From a virus (lineage: Duplodnaviria > Caudoviricetes), in IMG/VR virus record IMGVR_UViG_3300049913_000038, positions 1 through 35,112 of that record: a stretch of 35,112 bases of DNA; one strand, given 5' to 3'. Of the stretch, positions 8,150-16,982 are shown in pieces; positions within the stretch are counted from its first letter, which is position 1, and each line of letters begins with the position of its first letter. The translations under genes were made by a program, and so were the position numbers. The notes under the pieces were generated by a model. The model saw nothing but the letters and a program-made list of their open reading frames with translations, made no database searches and was not told where the DNA came from.

Positions 8150-8353
8150 ATGGCAAGGTATGACAAGAGCGGTCCGACCCGCGTCATGAACGTCAGGATG
8201 CCGGTTGCGTTGCTGGACGAATTGGAACGGATGGTCAAGAACGGCGAGACCCCCTACTCCAACGTTTCGGAACTCGTCAAGCAGGCCATAAGGGCGGAGT
8301 TGGATCAGATTAAGAAGGAAAGGGCTGGTCTGATCATGACCGCTGAAGGATAA
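8150..8353 (+). CDS. Ribbon-helix-helix regulator, repressor-position (67 aa)
   Basis: RVMNVRMPVALLDELERMVKNG..YSNVSELVKQAIRAEL; ATG 8150 preferred over track start 8087, which lies inside the promoter. Confidence 0.85.
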   Translation: MARYDKSGPTRVMNVRMPVALLDELERMVKNGETPYSNVSELVKQAIRAELDQIKKERAGLIMTAEG

Positions 8354-8604
8354 TCTTGACCACATCCCTGCATTCGTCCAATGCTGTTTGGATCTCCTCG
8401 CGCTGTTCGCCGCCCACCACGGCGTCCAGTTCAAGGGTGAGCTTCGTTTCAATCGCCTCCTGCCTCTCAGGACCTCGTTCGAGGTCGATGCGTTCGATTG
8501 AGGCATGGAAAGCTAGGCGACGAGAAGGTAAAGGGGCAGAGGAGAGGTGAGCGAAACTATATGCCCTAGGGCCCGAATGATAATTACGGGGAGGGGAGAA
8601 GTAG

Positions 8605-9135
8605 ATGAAAGTCGTCGAATGCCGCCAATGCGGAGGCTGGGTGCCGATCGAGGCGGAAGTCTGCCAGACGTGCGGCCATCGAATGAAGAAGATAGAGAGA
8701 CCGATGGAGATCTCAAAGAATCCGATCCCCAGTCATATCGGGCCAGTTTTCTATGATGATAAGATATCAGGGATGAAGTTCTCCAGGCCGAAGGGATTTG
8801 TCGGAAGCACCCCGCGAAATTGGATCGATAAGAATCTGTCGAAATGTCCTTTCTGTAAGACGGTCCGTCCGGGATGGGAAGGGGCCATGCAATTCAAATT
8901 GAAAGCGACCCTGTACCATTTTCGATGCCCGCGTTGTCGGGGGATTCTAGCGATTCCCGTAGTTGCCGTGCAAGGATGGACCAATGCAGGTCTCCTTGGT
9001 CCAGGAGGACTTCTCGGCAAGGCTGTGACGACGGACAAGATCAGGATTGAGAGCACGGGGGGATCGGGATCAGATCTAAGGCTCGGGGCGGAATATTCAG
9101 TGGAGGAATTGCGCAGGGTCGCCAGGGACAAATGA
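8605..9135 (+). CDS. Multi zinc-ribbon protein
   Basis: CRQC..CQTC, CPFC..CPRC; GGAGGGG RBS. Confidence 0.75.
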   Translation: MKVVECRQCGGWVPIEAEVCQTCGHRMKKIERPMEISKNPIPSHIGPVFYDDKISGMKFSRPKGFVGSTPRNWIDKNLSKCPFCKTVRPGWEGAMQFKLKATLYHFRCPRCRGILAIPVVAVQGWTNAGLLGPGGLLGKAVTTDKIRIESTGGSGSDLRLGAEYSVEELRRVARDK

Positions 9136-9153
9136 TTAGACGAGGATAGAGAC

Positions 9154-9627
9154 ATGCAAATGGTCAATAGGAAGAAGGTCGCCGCTTCAGGTATGATTAT
9201 CTTTTCATTGATCATCATGATCGCGGTCTCGGGCTGTTTAGGAGGCGGGGGGGTCATCTGCAAGTTCGACCTCAGTGTTTCGACGACGACCCATGTAGGT
9301 GAATATTACCCATCGCTGAATCGATATCAATGGGAAGCAAGTCCGGGATACCAGTTCGCGATAGTGACAATCAGGATCGTCAATGATGCGGAGAAGAGCG
9401 TCAGTACGAACGCTTTCTACTGGACGTTGACGGTGTCGGGAGTCGGGTATACCGCCCATACTGCGACCTGGGACGATTCGATCGGCTATCAGACGGTCGA
9501 TGTCGGCAAAGGCGCAGACTTCACCACGAAGATCGTCTACGAGGTCCCGGCCAGCGCTTCTTATTTCTATCTAAGCTACAATGGATACGACGCGCCGAAG
9601 ATGGAGCAGGATTCAGCCTTGCTTTGA
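9154..9627 (+). CDS. Lipoprotein with Ig-like (DUF4352-like) domain
   Basis: Basic N-terminus, hydrophobic helix and SGCLG lipobox; ASPGYQFAIVTIRIVN..IVYEVP..LSY pattern. Confidence 0.75.
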   Translation: MQMVNRKKVAASGMIIFSLIIMIAVSGCLGGGGVICKFDLSVSTTTHVGEYYPSLNRYQWEASPGYQFAIVTIRIVNDAEKSVSTNAFYWTLTVSGVGYTAHTATWDDSIGYQTVDVGKGADFTTKIVYEVPASASYFYLSYNGYDAPKMEQDSALL

Positions 9628-9656
9628 TCATCATCCGCCGATGAGATCTCAGACGC

Positions 9657-9884
9657 TCAGATATCCACCGTGATTTTCGCCAGTTTGCCGGTCGCATCGA
9701 CGACCCACTTGCCCTCTCTCGTGCCGGCCGCGACCCCGACGTCGACGATCTCCATCGCAGCCTTGACCGTGCCCGTGTAGTTCACGCCGTCGATGGTGAA
9801 TGTCACAGGCTTGTCGCCCTTGCCAACGATTAGGACCGCTCCCGTGTCGATCTGCAGGTAGTTCTTTACCATGATGAACTTCAA
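9657..9884 (-). CDS. Small beta-rich hypothetical protein
   Basis: Protein-like frame; start may be ATG 9872. Confidence 0.7.
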   Translation of the reverse strand: MKFIMVKNYLQIDTGAVLIVGKGDKPVTFTIDGVNYTGTVKAAMEIVDVGVAAGTREGKWVVDATGKLAKITVDI

Positions 9885-9901
9885 AAGGTGATGATATTAA
9901 A

Positions 9902-11140
9902 TCATCGGCGCGTGAGCAGCGCGTTCATACCTAACGACGCGGCGCTGTCCACGAACCTCGCTTCCGTCACGGTCCCGATCGGGTTCGGGTCTTCGCTAGG
10001 CATTGGAGGAATCGAATCCATCAACGCTTGACTTGGAGGCCAATCCGGGTAATAGGGAATCATCATCGAAGCCATTGCATCAATCCCGACCTCGTAGGCT
10101 ACCTGCGTGTCCCACTTAGAGTAGAGTTGAGCGTAGTCCGTCTGTCCTCCACCATACTCGGCAGGAAGCATATAGTGTCCGAGAGCATAGTCCCAACAGT
10201 CATATCCATATTCGCCTAGAAGACAGGGCTTGCCAAGGTCGTTGCTCCATTTCTTCATCTTAGCGAAGTAATCATTCACCGGGTCGTAATCGAACGAGAC
10301 TCGCTTGCCGTAGATGTGTTGATGCGTGATTTGACAGGGATGGTCATTCGCTCGTTTGAAGTCTGTCTCGCCGTAACCGTGCATCAAGGCTCCCGCCGCA
10401 GTTCCCATCGTGAACAGATGAGTCGGGTCGAAGGGCATGATGTCGTTGCAGATTTGATTCGACCAGTCGTGCCACGCTTGCTCCGCGACCTGATGAACTA
10501 GAGTAGGATTCGTGTCGTGCGGAACTCCTGCGAGTTTGCTCCACCACACTCGCCAAGGTCCGTCTCCGTCAGGTTCGTTCGCAATCTCCCAGCAGAGAAT
10601 CGCAGGGTCATCAAGATAGAGAGGCATGATGTCCTTCGCCAACTTGACATATTTGAGATATTCAGGACTTCCGAGTTTGTAGGCATTGTTCGCTTCCCAC
10701 GCGGCGATTTGCTCGGGAGTGCCGCCTGAGGGAGGACCGAGGGGCGAACCGAATCCAAAGACGATGTAGACCTTGTTCCAGTTCGCCATCTTCAGCATCG
10801 AACCTACGATCTTGTCCCACCATGCCCTGTGATTGTAGAAGCAGTCCGAGAGGCGACTGTAAGTGTAGCCATTGCTCGTCCTCATCAGATTCACTCCGTA
10901 GTGATTCAACAGCCAAAAGTATTTCCACATGAACTCCTCGACAGTCGATGCTGGAATCTCCCCTCGCGGAGTCGTTGGAAACAGGGCATTTGATGTCAGG
11001 TATTGCGAATAGTTCTCAGCGAGAAGCGTCTTGTATGGCAACATGATTGTATCATTGAAACCATGACCGATGAATCGTTGCCCGGCCGCTTGCAGTTCCT
11101 TACCAACTTGGACGACTTTCGACAGCGCCATGATCGACAA
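9902..11140 (-). CDS. Clan GH-A (GH5-like) glycoside hydrolase, candidate endolysin
   Basis: GVNLMR, ILCWEIANEPD (acid/base), HIYG, KPCLLGEYG (nucleophile); no signal peptide; start may be ATG 11131. Confidence 0.85.
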   Translation of the reverse strand: MSIMALSKVVQVGKELQAAGQRFIGHGFNDTIMLPYKTLLAENYSQYLTSNALFPTTPRGEIPASTVEEFMWKYFWLLNHYGVNLMRTSNGYTYSRLSDCFYNHRAWWDKIVGSMLKMANWNKVYIVFGFGSPLGPPSGGTPEQIAAWEANNAYKLGSPEYLKYVKLAKDIMPLYLDDPAILCWEIANEPDGDGPWRVWWSKLAGVPHDTNPTLVHQVAEQAWHDWSNQICNDIMPFDPTHLFTMGTAAGALMHGYGETDFKRANDHPCQITHQHIYGKRVSFDYDPVNDYFAKMKKWSNDLGKPCLLGEYGYDCWDYALGHYMLPAEYGGGQTDYAQLYSKWDTQVAYEVGIDAMASMMIPYYPDWPPSQALMDSIPPMPSEDPNPIGTVTEARFVDSAASLGMNALLTRR

Positions 11141-11180
11141 TCATCCGGTGCTGATATTCAACGAAAGACCCGGACTATTT

Positions 11181-11220
11181 AGAAAAAAAGGGGGGAGGAA
11201 AGAGGGAAATGAGAAAGGGT
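11181..11220 (-). terminator. Pyrimidine/oligo-T tract, candidate archaeal-type terminator
   Basis: Minus strand is almost all C/T and ends in CTTTTTTTCT directly after the holin-like gene. Confidence 0.45.
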
Positions 11221-11228
11221 TTGTGGCG

Positions 11229-11549
11229 CTACGATGCCGGCTTCTCTTCGAGGATCTTCTTCCCGCCGGTCAATATCGCCCTCGCCGACCCCATGCCTCC
11301 GACCCCAATCATCACGATTCCAGCAAACACATACGGGTCGAGGATGTCCACGCCATTGCTCAGCATGACCCAGATTTGGTAGCCGACGGCGATTTGAGCG
11401 CCGATGTAGAACTTCACCACGGTCAGAAGGAACTTCTTGTCCCACACCGTCACCGGTTCGTCCCACCATCTCAAGAGGACGGCGAGAACTGCCGCGATGA
11501 TCGCGGCCATGATGACGGCAGCCGTGACGACTATCGCTACGCTCGGCAT
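11229..11549 (-). CDS. Holin-like membrane protein (three predicted TM helices)
   Basis: 106 aa, three hydrophobic segments, charged C-terminus; lies between the tail genes and the hydrolase. Confidence 0.6.
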   Translation of the reverse strand: MPSVAIVVTAAVIMAAIIAAVLAVLLRWWDEPVTVWDKKFLLTVVKFYIGAQIAVGYQIWVMLSNGVDILDPYVFAGIVMIGVGGMGSARAILTGGKKILEEKPAS

Positions 11550-11618
11550 TGCAATACCTGAGGCTCGAAAGACCGGGGCTGATACTAATCGCTTGACAGA
11601 GGTTTCGCCGGCGAAAGT

Positions 11619-11885
11619 CTAGATGAAGAAGCCGATCATGATGCCCACGATCGTGATCCCTGCGCCGGCGATGATATACGCGACACGGCGTCCGCCACGG
11701 AGCTCGTCCTGTTCCTTCTTCAGCGCTTCGATATCCTTCACGACCGTGGCATGAGCCTCCGCGCCGAAGGGACATGTGGTAACTCCTAATTTGATAAGCT
11801 TCACGTCGTCCTTCATGTCCCTTATCTCATCGAAAAGGGTCTTCACCCTCTCATCGATCCTTATCAACAACTCTTCGTTCGGCAA
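11619..11885 (-). CDS. Coiled-coil protein with C-terminal TM helix (lysis-associated, XhlA-like architecture)
   Basis: LLIRIDERVKTL..IEALKKEQDEL plus C-terminal hydrophobic helix. Confidence 0.65.
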   Translation of the reverse strand: MPNEELLIRIDERVKTLFDEIRDMKDDVKLIKLGVTTCPFGAEAHATVVKDIEALKKEQDELRGGRRVAYIIAGAGITIVGIMIGFFI

Positions 11886-11964
11886 TCAGATCACACTCCG
11901 TCGTCCAGATTCGTGCATTCCCAGATGACCTTCTGAGCCAAGTTGTGGTTGTCGTGCCATTTTA

Positions 11965-13935
11965 TCACGGTCCTGGGTCCAAATCAATTCCAGAAGTATC
12001 AACCAGCACGATTTGCGTCATGCCTGCCGGTTTGAAATTCGATTTGCTCTCGACCATGTCCCTTAACTGGGAACCTAGTTCGTATAAGGCCCGGCTGCTG
12101 CTCAGGGTAACCTTGTACTGATGGTCCACACCCCTAGCCAATCTGAACTCGAGGCTGACGATGATGTAATCGTCATCAATGTTGTAGTCAGTATGTTTGA
12201 CATGCTGGGTCATCCCGACCCTTAGGCCATGGTCATAACGGGTTGTATAGCCGAGGTTCGTCCCGACCAGAAGGGCCTCTACCAAGGCTCCAAGGGCCAG
12301 CATCGAACCATGGTCGATCGAGGTGACAGTGGCGAAGTCGGTGAACTGTTCATAAATCCCACTTCCACCCTCCGCTGCCTTCTTGGCCGCTATGACAGAA
12401 TCGACTTGGGCGATGAACAGAAGATATTGGGTCTCGCCACTGCTATTCACAACTGATCCTCGGGCCAGGATCCTGTTCGCGTATTGCCCAGTTGAATCAA
12501 GCAAGTCAAATGCAATCGGATAGCCTGAAGTATTGATATTCGAGTTGTCGATGTTGAAAGGCGCGGAGATGACGAATGGGTCATGGAACCGGAGTTCCTT
12601 GTAGGAGTCCACATACCAAACGAAGGCCGAATATTGCTTCAAATCATCGAGCATCTTTCGAGCCTTCTCGAACTGCCACCTGGCGAAAACAACTGTCGCC
12701 CCATCAGATACCGTTCTCACCCCTATCTGCTCGTCTTGGAAATAGCGAGGTATGTACGTCTTGAGGACATCGCCAGCCTTCTTGTTGGCCGCAGTGCCTG
12801 ACACCAGCCGTTCATCCAGCCTTCCACTATAATCCACGCATCTGATTTTCGAGTCGAACGTGTCAGGCCCGACCTTGTCGATGGTGACATCATCGACCCG
12901 TCCAGTGAAATAACGATAAGTCACTGTCTGATTGCCGTGGGTGCCGGAACCTGTGTAAGTCCCAAGCCAATCGGTGATGCAGACACCCCAAGCAGGATAA
13001 GTATGCGGTGAGTTGGAAAGAGTGCCATCGTAATTGTTGGCAGTGCCGTCATTGACATTTGTGCCTGAACCGTCATCCATCTTCCAGTACTGTTGAAGGC
13101 TTGATTCGTTGCCCGCCAGCAGTGAGTACTTCCGGCTATCGATGAGGCTTGACGAAATGGCAGCAGTGAAGAATCGGTGATCTGAAATATAAGATTCGCC
13201 GATTGGCATGTAAGCCTGATACTTCGGCGCGAAATAGTTGGCGATTTGGTTCGAGGCGTCGTGTGTCAACCAGCCAGTCCCTGAACCAGTTGCGGCTGAT
13301 GACCCGTTTATGTAAAGGGTGAATGCTGTCGAGCCTGGCGAGCCACCTGTATGCTCCCAAACCAGTGATACCCTGTACGGTGTCCCTTCAACAAAAGAGA
13401 GCCCAGTAGTTTGAAATTGGACGGGATAAGTCATGCCACTTCCATAATGGGTCGAAGTAGTAACCCTATATTGATGTGTCTTAGTCCCAGAGTCATAATA
13501 AAGCATGAAAGCGATGAAATTATACAATTCATCACCGCCCGCATCACAGCCAACGAGCCAACCTTGGAAGAAAGATGTGCCACTGGCTAAGAGGTCTTCA
13601 AGGCTCTCTTGGATGCAGAACATAAATTCCATCGTCCCTGTCTCACCGTTCCCAACCATCGGGACCGCACACGATTTTGCCGCTCCATCGTGAAATAAAT
13701 TCCAAAGCAGCCCTGGCGGCCCGTAAGGGGCAAATGTGTTCGAGAGGTCCACTGTCTCGGTGGCCGAAGAGTCTGAAAGGATGACTTGCTGACCAGGTTC
13801 GAAGAAGACAACGCTACCCCTTTGTTGATGGATTGTGAACTCTGCCGTAGACCGAGAGCCTAACTTATCGATTATTCTCAGACTCCTTGGGTCATAGTGC
13901 CTAGTCGTCCCTCCAATCGTCAAGTTGACAGTCAG
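11965..13935 (-). CDS. Tail tip/hub protein with inserted LamG (ConA-like) domain
   Basis: Follows tape measure; YFTGRVDDV..CVDYSGRLD hub-like segment; LYING..ISDHRFF..YWKMDDGSG LamG motifs; start CTG 13935 or TTG 13923. Confidence 0.75.
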   Translation of the reverse strand: MTVNLTIGGTTRHYDPRSLRIIDKLGSRSTAEFTIHQQRGSVVFFEPGQQVILSDSSATETVDLSNTFAPYGPPGLLWNLFHDGAAKSCAVPMVGNGETGTMEFMFCIQESLEDLLASGTSFFQGWLVGCDAGGDELYNFIAFMLYYDSGTKTHQYRVTTSTHYGSGMTYPVQFQTTGLSFVEGTPYRVSLVWEHTGGSPGSTAFTLYINGSSAATGSGTGWLTHDASNQIANYFAPKYQAYMPIGESYISDHRFFTAAISSSLIDSRKYSLLAGNESSLQQYWKMDDGSGTNVNDGTANNYDGTLSNSPHTYPAWGVCITDWLGTYTGSGTHGNQTVTYRYFTGRVDDVTIDKVGPDTFDSKIRCVDYSGRLDERLVSGTAANKKAGDVLKTYIPRYFQDEQIGVRTVSDGATVVFARWQFEKARKMLDDLKQYSAFVWYVDSYKELRFHDPFVISAPFNIDNSNINTSGYPIAFDLLDSTGQYANRILARGSVVNSSGETQYLLFIAQVDSVIAAKKAAEGGSGIYEQFTDFATVTSIDHGSMLALGALVEALLVGTNLGYTTRYDHGLRVGMTQHVKHTDYNIDDDYIIVSLEFRLARGVDHQYKVTLSSSRALYELGSQLRDMVESKSNFKPAGMTQIVLVDTSGIDLDPGP

Positions 13936-15590
13936 AATTTCACCCCAGCCGACTCCCTCAACATCTGTAGGATCCTGTTCGCCACCAGGTCAACATCCTT
14001 TGAGCCATCGACATTGAAGATGATCGTCGTGCCGCCTCCGCCGAGCCGCTTGGCGATGTCGTCGAGACGCGGCTCGGTGAGCATGAGCTCGGGGCCTTTC
14101 TCGCCAAGGACGCCGATCTGAGGGGTCATGGCCCATCCACCCTTCTCATAGAAGCGATAATACAGTCCTTCCCCAACTGGGTCAATCTCCTTCATCTTCC
14201 CAGTCACCAAATCGACCATATCGATCCAGTCCGCTCCCATCTCAACATAGGGCATACCCATAATATTTTCAGGTCCACCACGATAGTAGAGTTTGTAGAT
14301 CAGGCTATTCAACTGCGATTTGGTGTAGACGTATCCATGCCTGCCCATCCAAGCATCCTCACCAATCCGTTTGAAGATCGCATCATCATAAAACCAACTC
14401 GCCGCGCTCTCTGCCTCTGGAAGTGCTTGTGCTTCCGCTATTCGATTGGCGATCACTTCTTCCAGTAGGGTGTATTGTCCCTGTTGTCCTGCTTTGCTCC
14501 AATCAGTTACCTCCTGTCCCCCAGGACCAAGGTTCAATCCTTTGGTCATTATCTCCCAAGTCGACTTCCCTCCACCTGCAGCAGCACCCCCACCACCTCC
14601 ACCGGCGCCGCCGCCACCGGCGGCCGCGCCCGTGGCTCCTAGTTCCGGCGGCGCCTCCTCTTTTGGCCCGTATTGCTGGCTCATGGCATACATAGCGACT
14701 CCCGCCGCCGCGCCAGCGAGGACAAGTGCTGCCCCCACGATCGTCATTGACAAACCGGTGGCTGCCGCAATGTTGCTAGCCCATTGTGCTAAGGTGAGGG
14801 TTACGAGCGCGCCCGTCAGGACCGAATAGGCCGCCTTCATTTCTGGCGTCTTCGCATTGAAAGCCATGAACGCACTGAAAAGAGCGCCGACTCCGGTGAC
14901 CGCGCTGCCGAGTGCGCCGATCTTGTTGCTGCCCAGACCCTGCAGACCGCCCTTGATCTTATCGAGCATCCCGCCGGCGCCGCCGATGTTCATGCCTTGA
15001 AGGTTCTTCCACATCTTGCCCATGCCGTCGATGCCGCTGATGACGGCAGGGATGACCGTCAGACCGGCCATCACCATCGAATCGTTCAGACTATTCTGCG
15101 TGAGCCTCACGCGCTCGTCCGCGAGCTCCGCAGCGTCCTTAGAGAGGTTCAACTTGTCGAGGGCGTCCTTGGCTTCGACCGAATCCGTCCCGAACTTCTC
15201 GACCGCTTCGTTATAATCCTTCTGTGCTTGATCGACCGCTTCGGTGGATCTCTGCGCGGCGAGATTGGCCTTCTCGAGCAAGTATTGTTTCTTCTCGATG
15301 TTGTCGATGGACTGGTACAGAGAGAAGGCGGAGGTCATCGTTTGGGACATGCCGAGGGCCATACCCTTGAAGGAACCCTCCATCTGCGTCCCGTTCTGCT
15401 TGATCTTCGTGGCCGTGCCTTGGAACGCGCTTCCCATCTCCGTGCCGCTCCTCGTAACGGTCCCGGCGGTCCCGTTCACCTGGTCCCCGAACTTCTTGAC
15501 CTCGTCCCCCGCCTGCTGCAGGCCCGCAGTGACGCCGCCGTAATCCACGACGATTGGGATATTGACGCCCTCGATCTCGATGTCAATCAC
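13932..15590 (-). CDS. Tail tape measure protein
   Basis: Ala/Gly-rich helical protein with hydrophobic segments; C-terminal GG....Q.GVLGEKGPEL motif; follows the chaperone pair. Confidence 0.85.
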   Translation of the reverse strand: MIDIEIEGVNIPIVVDYGGVTAGLQQAGDEVKKFGDQVNGTAGTVTRSGTEMGSAFQGTATKIKQNGTQMEGSFKGMALGMSQTMTSAFSLYQSIDNIEKKQYLLEKANLAAQRSTEAVDQAQKDYNEAVEKFGTDSVEAKDALDKLNLSKDAAELADERVRLTQNSLNDSMVMAGLTVIPAVISGIDGMGKMWKNLQGMNIGGAGGMLDKIKGGLQGLGSNKIGALGSAVTGVGALFSAFMAFNAKTPEMKAAYSVLTGALVTLTLAQWASNIAAATGLSMTIVGAALVLAGAAAGVAMYAMSQQYGPKEEAPPELGATGAAAGGGGAGGGGGGAAAGGGKSTWEIMTKGLNLGPGGQEVTDWSKAGQQGQYTLLEEVIANRIAEAQALPEAESAASWFYDDAIFKRIGEDAWMGRHGYVYTKSQLNSLIYKLYYRGGPENIMGMPYVEMGADWIDMVDLVTGKMKEIDPVGEGLYYRFYEKGGWAMTPQIGVLGEKGPELMLTEPRLDDIAKRLGGGGTTIIFNVDGSKDVDLVANRILQMLRESAGVKF

Positions 15591-15909
15591 CCCTCGTCCC
15601 GCCGAACGCGGCGTGCAGTCTCAGGACCGTCTGCTGCATCTGCTCGGGGCTCATCCGCTTTCCCGTCGCGGATTCCTTTCCACCGTCGTAGTGCAGCATG
15701 AATTCCTCGATCTTGTAGGGCTCGGGCTTTTCCTTCGGATCCCGGAAGGTGTTCGCGAGTACCCACGCCGGCAGCGCCGCGCGTCGGTCTTCGCGCGTCT
15801 CCTTCTCCTTCCACCGCCGGCACAGGGCGACGTACTCGCGGCGAGTGACCTGTCCCATCTCCTCCCGGCTCAGCCCGAGCTCGACGCGCCCGAACGACCA
15901 GATGCTCAT
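15583..15909 (-). CDS. Tail assembly chaperone, frameshifted (gpT-like) part
   Basis: LGLSREEMGQVTRREY motif; lies in the -1 frame of the upstream ORF. Confidence 0.75.
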   Translation of the reverse strand: MSIWSFGRVELGLSREEMGQVTRREYVALCRRWKEKETREDRRAALPAWVLANTFRDPKEKPEPYKIEEFMLHYDGGKESATGKRMSPEQMQQTVLRLHAAFGGTRGD

Positions 15910-16214
15910 CCAATCGGTCGGGGTGCCGCGTTTTTTGCTTCAGCCTCCGGGACGGCCCCGCTGATCATCTCGTCGACGAAGGCCTTGATCGCCGCTGCGT
16001 TCTGCACGGTCAGCATCGAACCGACCTGCTCGAGGGTGATCTCCGGGATCTGCGTCTTCAGGCCGCACCACACGAGCATCCTGAAGTCCCTCATCGAGTT
16101 CTTGTCCAGCTGCTCGTAGGTCCGGCCCGTGTTCTCTTCCCAGAGACAGATGGCGTTCAGGTCGAGTATGAACCGCCTGAGGCGAGGATCGAACTTCTCT
16201 TTCTTCTTAGGCAT
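15906..16214 (-). CDS. Tail assembly chaperone (gpG-like)
   Basis: Between tail tube and tape measure; LDLNAICLWEE..G; slippery site near the 3' end. Confidence 0.8.
   Translation of the reverse strand: MPKKKEKFDPRLRRFILDLNAICLWEENTGRTYEQLDKNSMRDFRMLVWCGLKTQIPEITLEQVGSMLTVQNAAAIKAFVDEMISGAVPEAEAKNAAPRPIG
15930..15936 (-). other. -1 ribosomal frameshift heptamer A AAA AAC
   Basis: GCA AAA AAC; the -1 frame reads KRGTPTDWMSIWSFG into 15583..15909 without a stop. Confidence 0.75.
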
Positions 16215-16224
16215 CCGATCCTCC

Positions 16225-16965
16225 TCAAGTCGCTGCCCTGCTCACATGGATGACGTATGTTTTCGTCGTGTGGCCGCTCTCGGTGCACTTGATGGTGAAT
16301 GTCGTCACGGTCCCGGCCGCGCCGATAGTCTGCGCCCCGCTCGCGCCTCCGCTGGTCAGCGTATTCGTCGAGCCGTTGAAACTGTTGTGCAGCGTGATCA
16401 CATGCAGCGTCGGCGCATCCGCCGTCACGGTGAACGTCAGGCTCGCCGTACCGGTCACGACCGGGTCGATGTACTCGAACGTCCCGATCGCATAGGCCGG
16501 GTTCAGCGTTCCAACGCTTACCACTATGGTGGCCGCACCTGCGCTCGCACCGATACCCAGTGTCGGCGCTCCGCTGATCTTCAAGGTCGCGCTGAAAGAT
16601 GCGACGGTGTCGCCTGATTTGGCGTCGTTGACCTTGAACCGGGTCACTATCGCGCTGAATGTCCAAGTCGTCGCCAAGGCGGCTGGGAACGTGATCACGA
16701 AGTCCTGCAGCGTCCCGGCGACCATGTCCGTGTGCAACCCGATCTGCCCGAGGGTGTCGCCCGGTATGAAATTCCCCTCGATAGCGACCTCTCCTGCCTC
16801 TTTCAGTCCTCCTATCCATTCCTTGTAGCCGGACGCGCTGTCGTGCGAGGTCACGTCGATCGTGTCGACCTTTATCTCGACCCCGCCGATGTTCGTCAGC
16901 TCCGCGACGGGATTCCCATCACGCTCCAACATCGTGCCATGCACGGATTTCGCTGCGCTTGTCAT
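16225..16965 (-). CDS. Major tail (tube) protein with C-terminal Ig/cadherin-like domain
   Basis: IDVTSHDS..GYKEWIGGLKEAGEV..FSATLKISGAP; C-terminal GTLNPAY..KTYVIHVSRA. Confidence 0.9.
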   Translation of the reverse strand: MTSAAKSVHGTMLERDGNPVAELTNIGGVEIKVDTIDVTSHDSASGYKEWIGGLKEAGEVAIEGNFIPGDTLGQIGLHTDMVAGTLQDFVITFPAALATTWTFSAIVTRFKVNDAKSGDTVASFSATLKISGAPTLGIGASAGAATIVVSVGTLNPAYAIGTFEYIDPVVTGTASLTFTVTADAPTLHVITLHNSFNGSTNTLTSGGASGAQTIGAAGTVTTFTIKCTESGHTTKTYVIHVSRAAT

Positions 16966-16982
16966 GTTTGCCTCCTCATCTC

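Noticed and set aside
8335-8560. Protein-like minus-strand frame (..IERIDLERGPERQEAIETKLTLELD..) converging on the repressor
   Set aside because: No start codon or RBS found nearby; possibly a remnant
11891-11968. 25-codon ORF coupled to the tail-tip stop
   Set aside because: Too short to support; a competing 24-codon ORF lies in another frame
15587-15913. Alternative 108 aa ORF in the chaperone region
   Set aside because: Arg/Ala-rich shadow frame; 15583..15909 has the expected motif and frameshift phase
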